DNA from: Macrostomum hystrix
Lineage: Eukaryota; Animalia; Platyhelminthes
Assembly: GCA_950097015.1 (NCBI GenBank)
Contig: CATNEN010000039.1
Span: 13,082,001-13,146,000 of the forward strand
Direction: 5' to 3'
DNA: 64,000 bases
The translations under genes were made by a program, and so were the position numbers. Positions 62,101-64,000 of this stretch are shown here, piece by piece. Numbering within the stretch: position 1 is the stretch's first letter; each line of letters begins with the position of its first letter. The notes below the pieces were generated by a model. The model did no database searches, was not told where the DNA came from, and saw nothing but the letters and a program-made list of their open reading frames with translations.

Positions 62101-64000
62101 TCTGTCCCTTCTGCTCATTCACTGTCACTCTGCCCATTCTCTGTCACTCTGCTCATTCTCTGTCACTCTGCCGATTCTCTGTCACTCTGCTCATTCTCTG
62201 TCACTTCTGCTCATTCTCTGTCACTCTGCCCATTCTCTGTCACTCTGCTCATTCTCTGTCACTCTGCTCATTCTCTGTCACTTCTGCTCATTCACTGTCA
62301 CTCTGCTCATTCCCTGTCACTCTGCTCATTCTCTGTCACTCTGCTCATTCTCTGTCACTCTGCTCATTTTCTGTCACTCTGCTCATTCTCTGTCACTCTG
62401 CTCATTCTCTGTCACTCTGCTCATTTTCTGTCACTCTGCTCATTCTCTGTCACTTCTGCTCATTCACTGTCACTTCTGCTCATTCTGTCACTCTGCTCAT
62501 TCTCTGTCACTCTGCTCATTCTCTGTCACTCTGCTCATTCTCTGTCACTTCTGCTCATTCACTGTCACTCTGCTCATTCTCTGTCACTCTGCTCATTCTC
62601 TGTCACTTCTGCTCATTCACTGTCACTCTGCTCATTCTCTGTCACTTCTGCTCATTCACTGTCACTCTGCTCATTCTCTGTCACTCTGCTCATTCTCTGT
62701 CACTCTGCTCATTCACTGTCACTCTGCTCATTTTCTGTCACTCTGCTCATTCTCGGTCACTCTGCTCATTCTCTGTCACTCTGCTCATTCTCTGTCACTC
62801 TGCTCATTTTCTGTCACTCTGCTCATTCTCTGTCACTCTGCTCATTTTCTGTCACTCTGCTCATTCTCTGTCACTCTGCTCATTCTCTGTCACTCTGCTC
62901 ATTCTCTGTCACTCTGCTCATTTTCTGTCACTCTGCTCATTCTCTGTCACTCTGCTCAATCTCTGTCACTCTGCTCATTCTCTGTCACTTCTGCTCATTC
63001 ACTGTCACTCTGCTCATTCTCTGTCACTCTGCTCATTCTCTGTCACTCTGCTCATTCTCTGTCACTTCTGCTCATTCACTGTCACTCTGCTCATTTTCTG
63101 TCACTCTGCTCATTCTCTGTCACTCTGCCCATTCTCTGTCACTCTGCTCATTCTCTGTCACTTCTGCTCATTCTCTGTCACTCTGCCCATTCTCTGTCAC
63201 TTCTGCTCATTCACTGTCACTCTGCTCATTCTCTGTCCCTTCTGCTCATTCTCTGTCACTTCTGCTCATTCTGTCACTCTGCTCATTCTCTGTCACTCTG
63301 CTCATTCTCTGTCCCTTCTGCTCATTCACTGTCACTCTGCCCATTCTCTGTCACTCTGCTCATTCTCTGTCACTCTGCTCATTCTCTGTCACTTCTGCTC
63401 ATTCACTGTCACTCTGCTCATTCACTGTCACTCTGCTCATTCTCTGTCACTCTGCTCATTCTCTGTCACTCTGCTCATTCTCTGTCACTCTGCTCATTTT
63501 CTGTCACTCTGCTCATTCTCTGTCACTCTGCTCATTCTCTGTCACTCTGCTCATTCTCTGTCACTTCTGCTCATTCACTGTCACTCTGCTCATTCTCTGT
63601 CACTTCTGCTCATTCTCTGTCACTCTGCTCATTTTCTGTCACTCTGCTCATTCTCTGTCACTCTGCTCATTCTCTGTCACTCTGCTCATTCTCTGTCACT
63701 TCTGCTCATTCACTGTCACTCTGCTCATTCTCTGTCACTTCTGCTCATTCTCTGTCACTCTGCTCATTTTCTGTCACTCTGCTCATTCTCTGTCACTCTG
63801 CTCATTCTCTGTCACTCTGCTCATTCTCTGTCACTTCTGCTCATTCACTGTCACTCTGCTCATTCTCTGTCACTCTGCTCATTTTCTGTCACTCTGCTCA
63901 TTCACTGTCACTCTGCTCATTTTCTGTCACTCTGCTCATTCTCTGTCACTCTGCTCATTCACTGTCACTCTGCTCATTCTCTGTCACTCTGCTCATTCTC
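59115..64000. repeat. 19/20-bp satellite (ctctgtcactctgctcatt), >4.8 kb, runs off the window
   Basis: About 250 units. Confidence 0.98.

Noticed and set aside
1-64000. Autonomous transposon or prokaryotic defence system
   Set aside because: No transposase, RT, integrase or operon-like ORFs recognisable; the sequence is intron-rich animal DNA.

Overview
Eukaryotic (metazoan) genomic DNA, very rich in repeats. The poly-CAG coding style and minisatellite-filled introns resemble the flatworm Macrostomum lignano; this is an inference, not proven. I reconstructed three spliced genes by hand from GT/GC-AG junctions and codon-phase continuity. (1) A 3-exon orphan gene on + (2158-5015). (2) A 15-exon ARHGEF17/ARHGEF10-family RhoGEF on - (24871-7234, about 1406 aa; DH, PH-like, beta-propeller). 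(3) A ~21-exon gene on - (58098-27768, about 1310 aa) joining an F-BAR-like N-terminus to a STAC-like tandem-SH3 C-terminus, with a probable alternative first exon at 42798-42415 and no visible C1 domain. Almost every larger intron carries its own minisatellite (more than 30 arrays), and most long ORFs in the supplied track are artefacts of these arrays. Several arrays appear to be built from splice-site sequence. The clearest case is a ~84-copy 34-bp array that is a tandem amplification of the adjacent exon/intron donor junction. Two tRNA-headed SINE families (one CORE-SINE-like) and a TIR-bearing MITE-like family are dispersed through the window.
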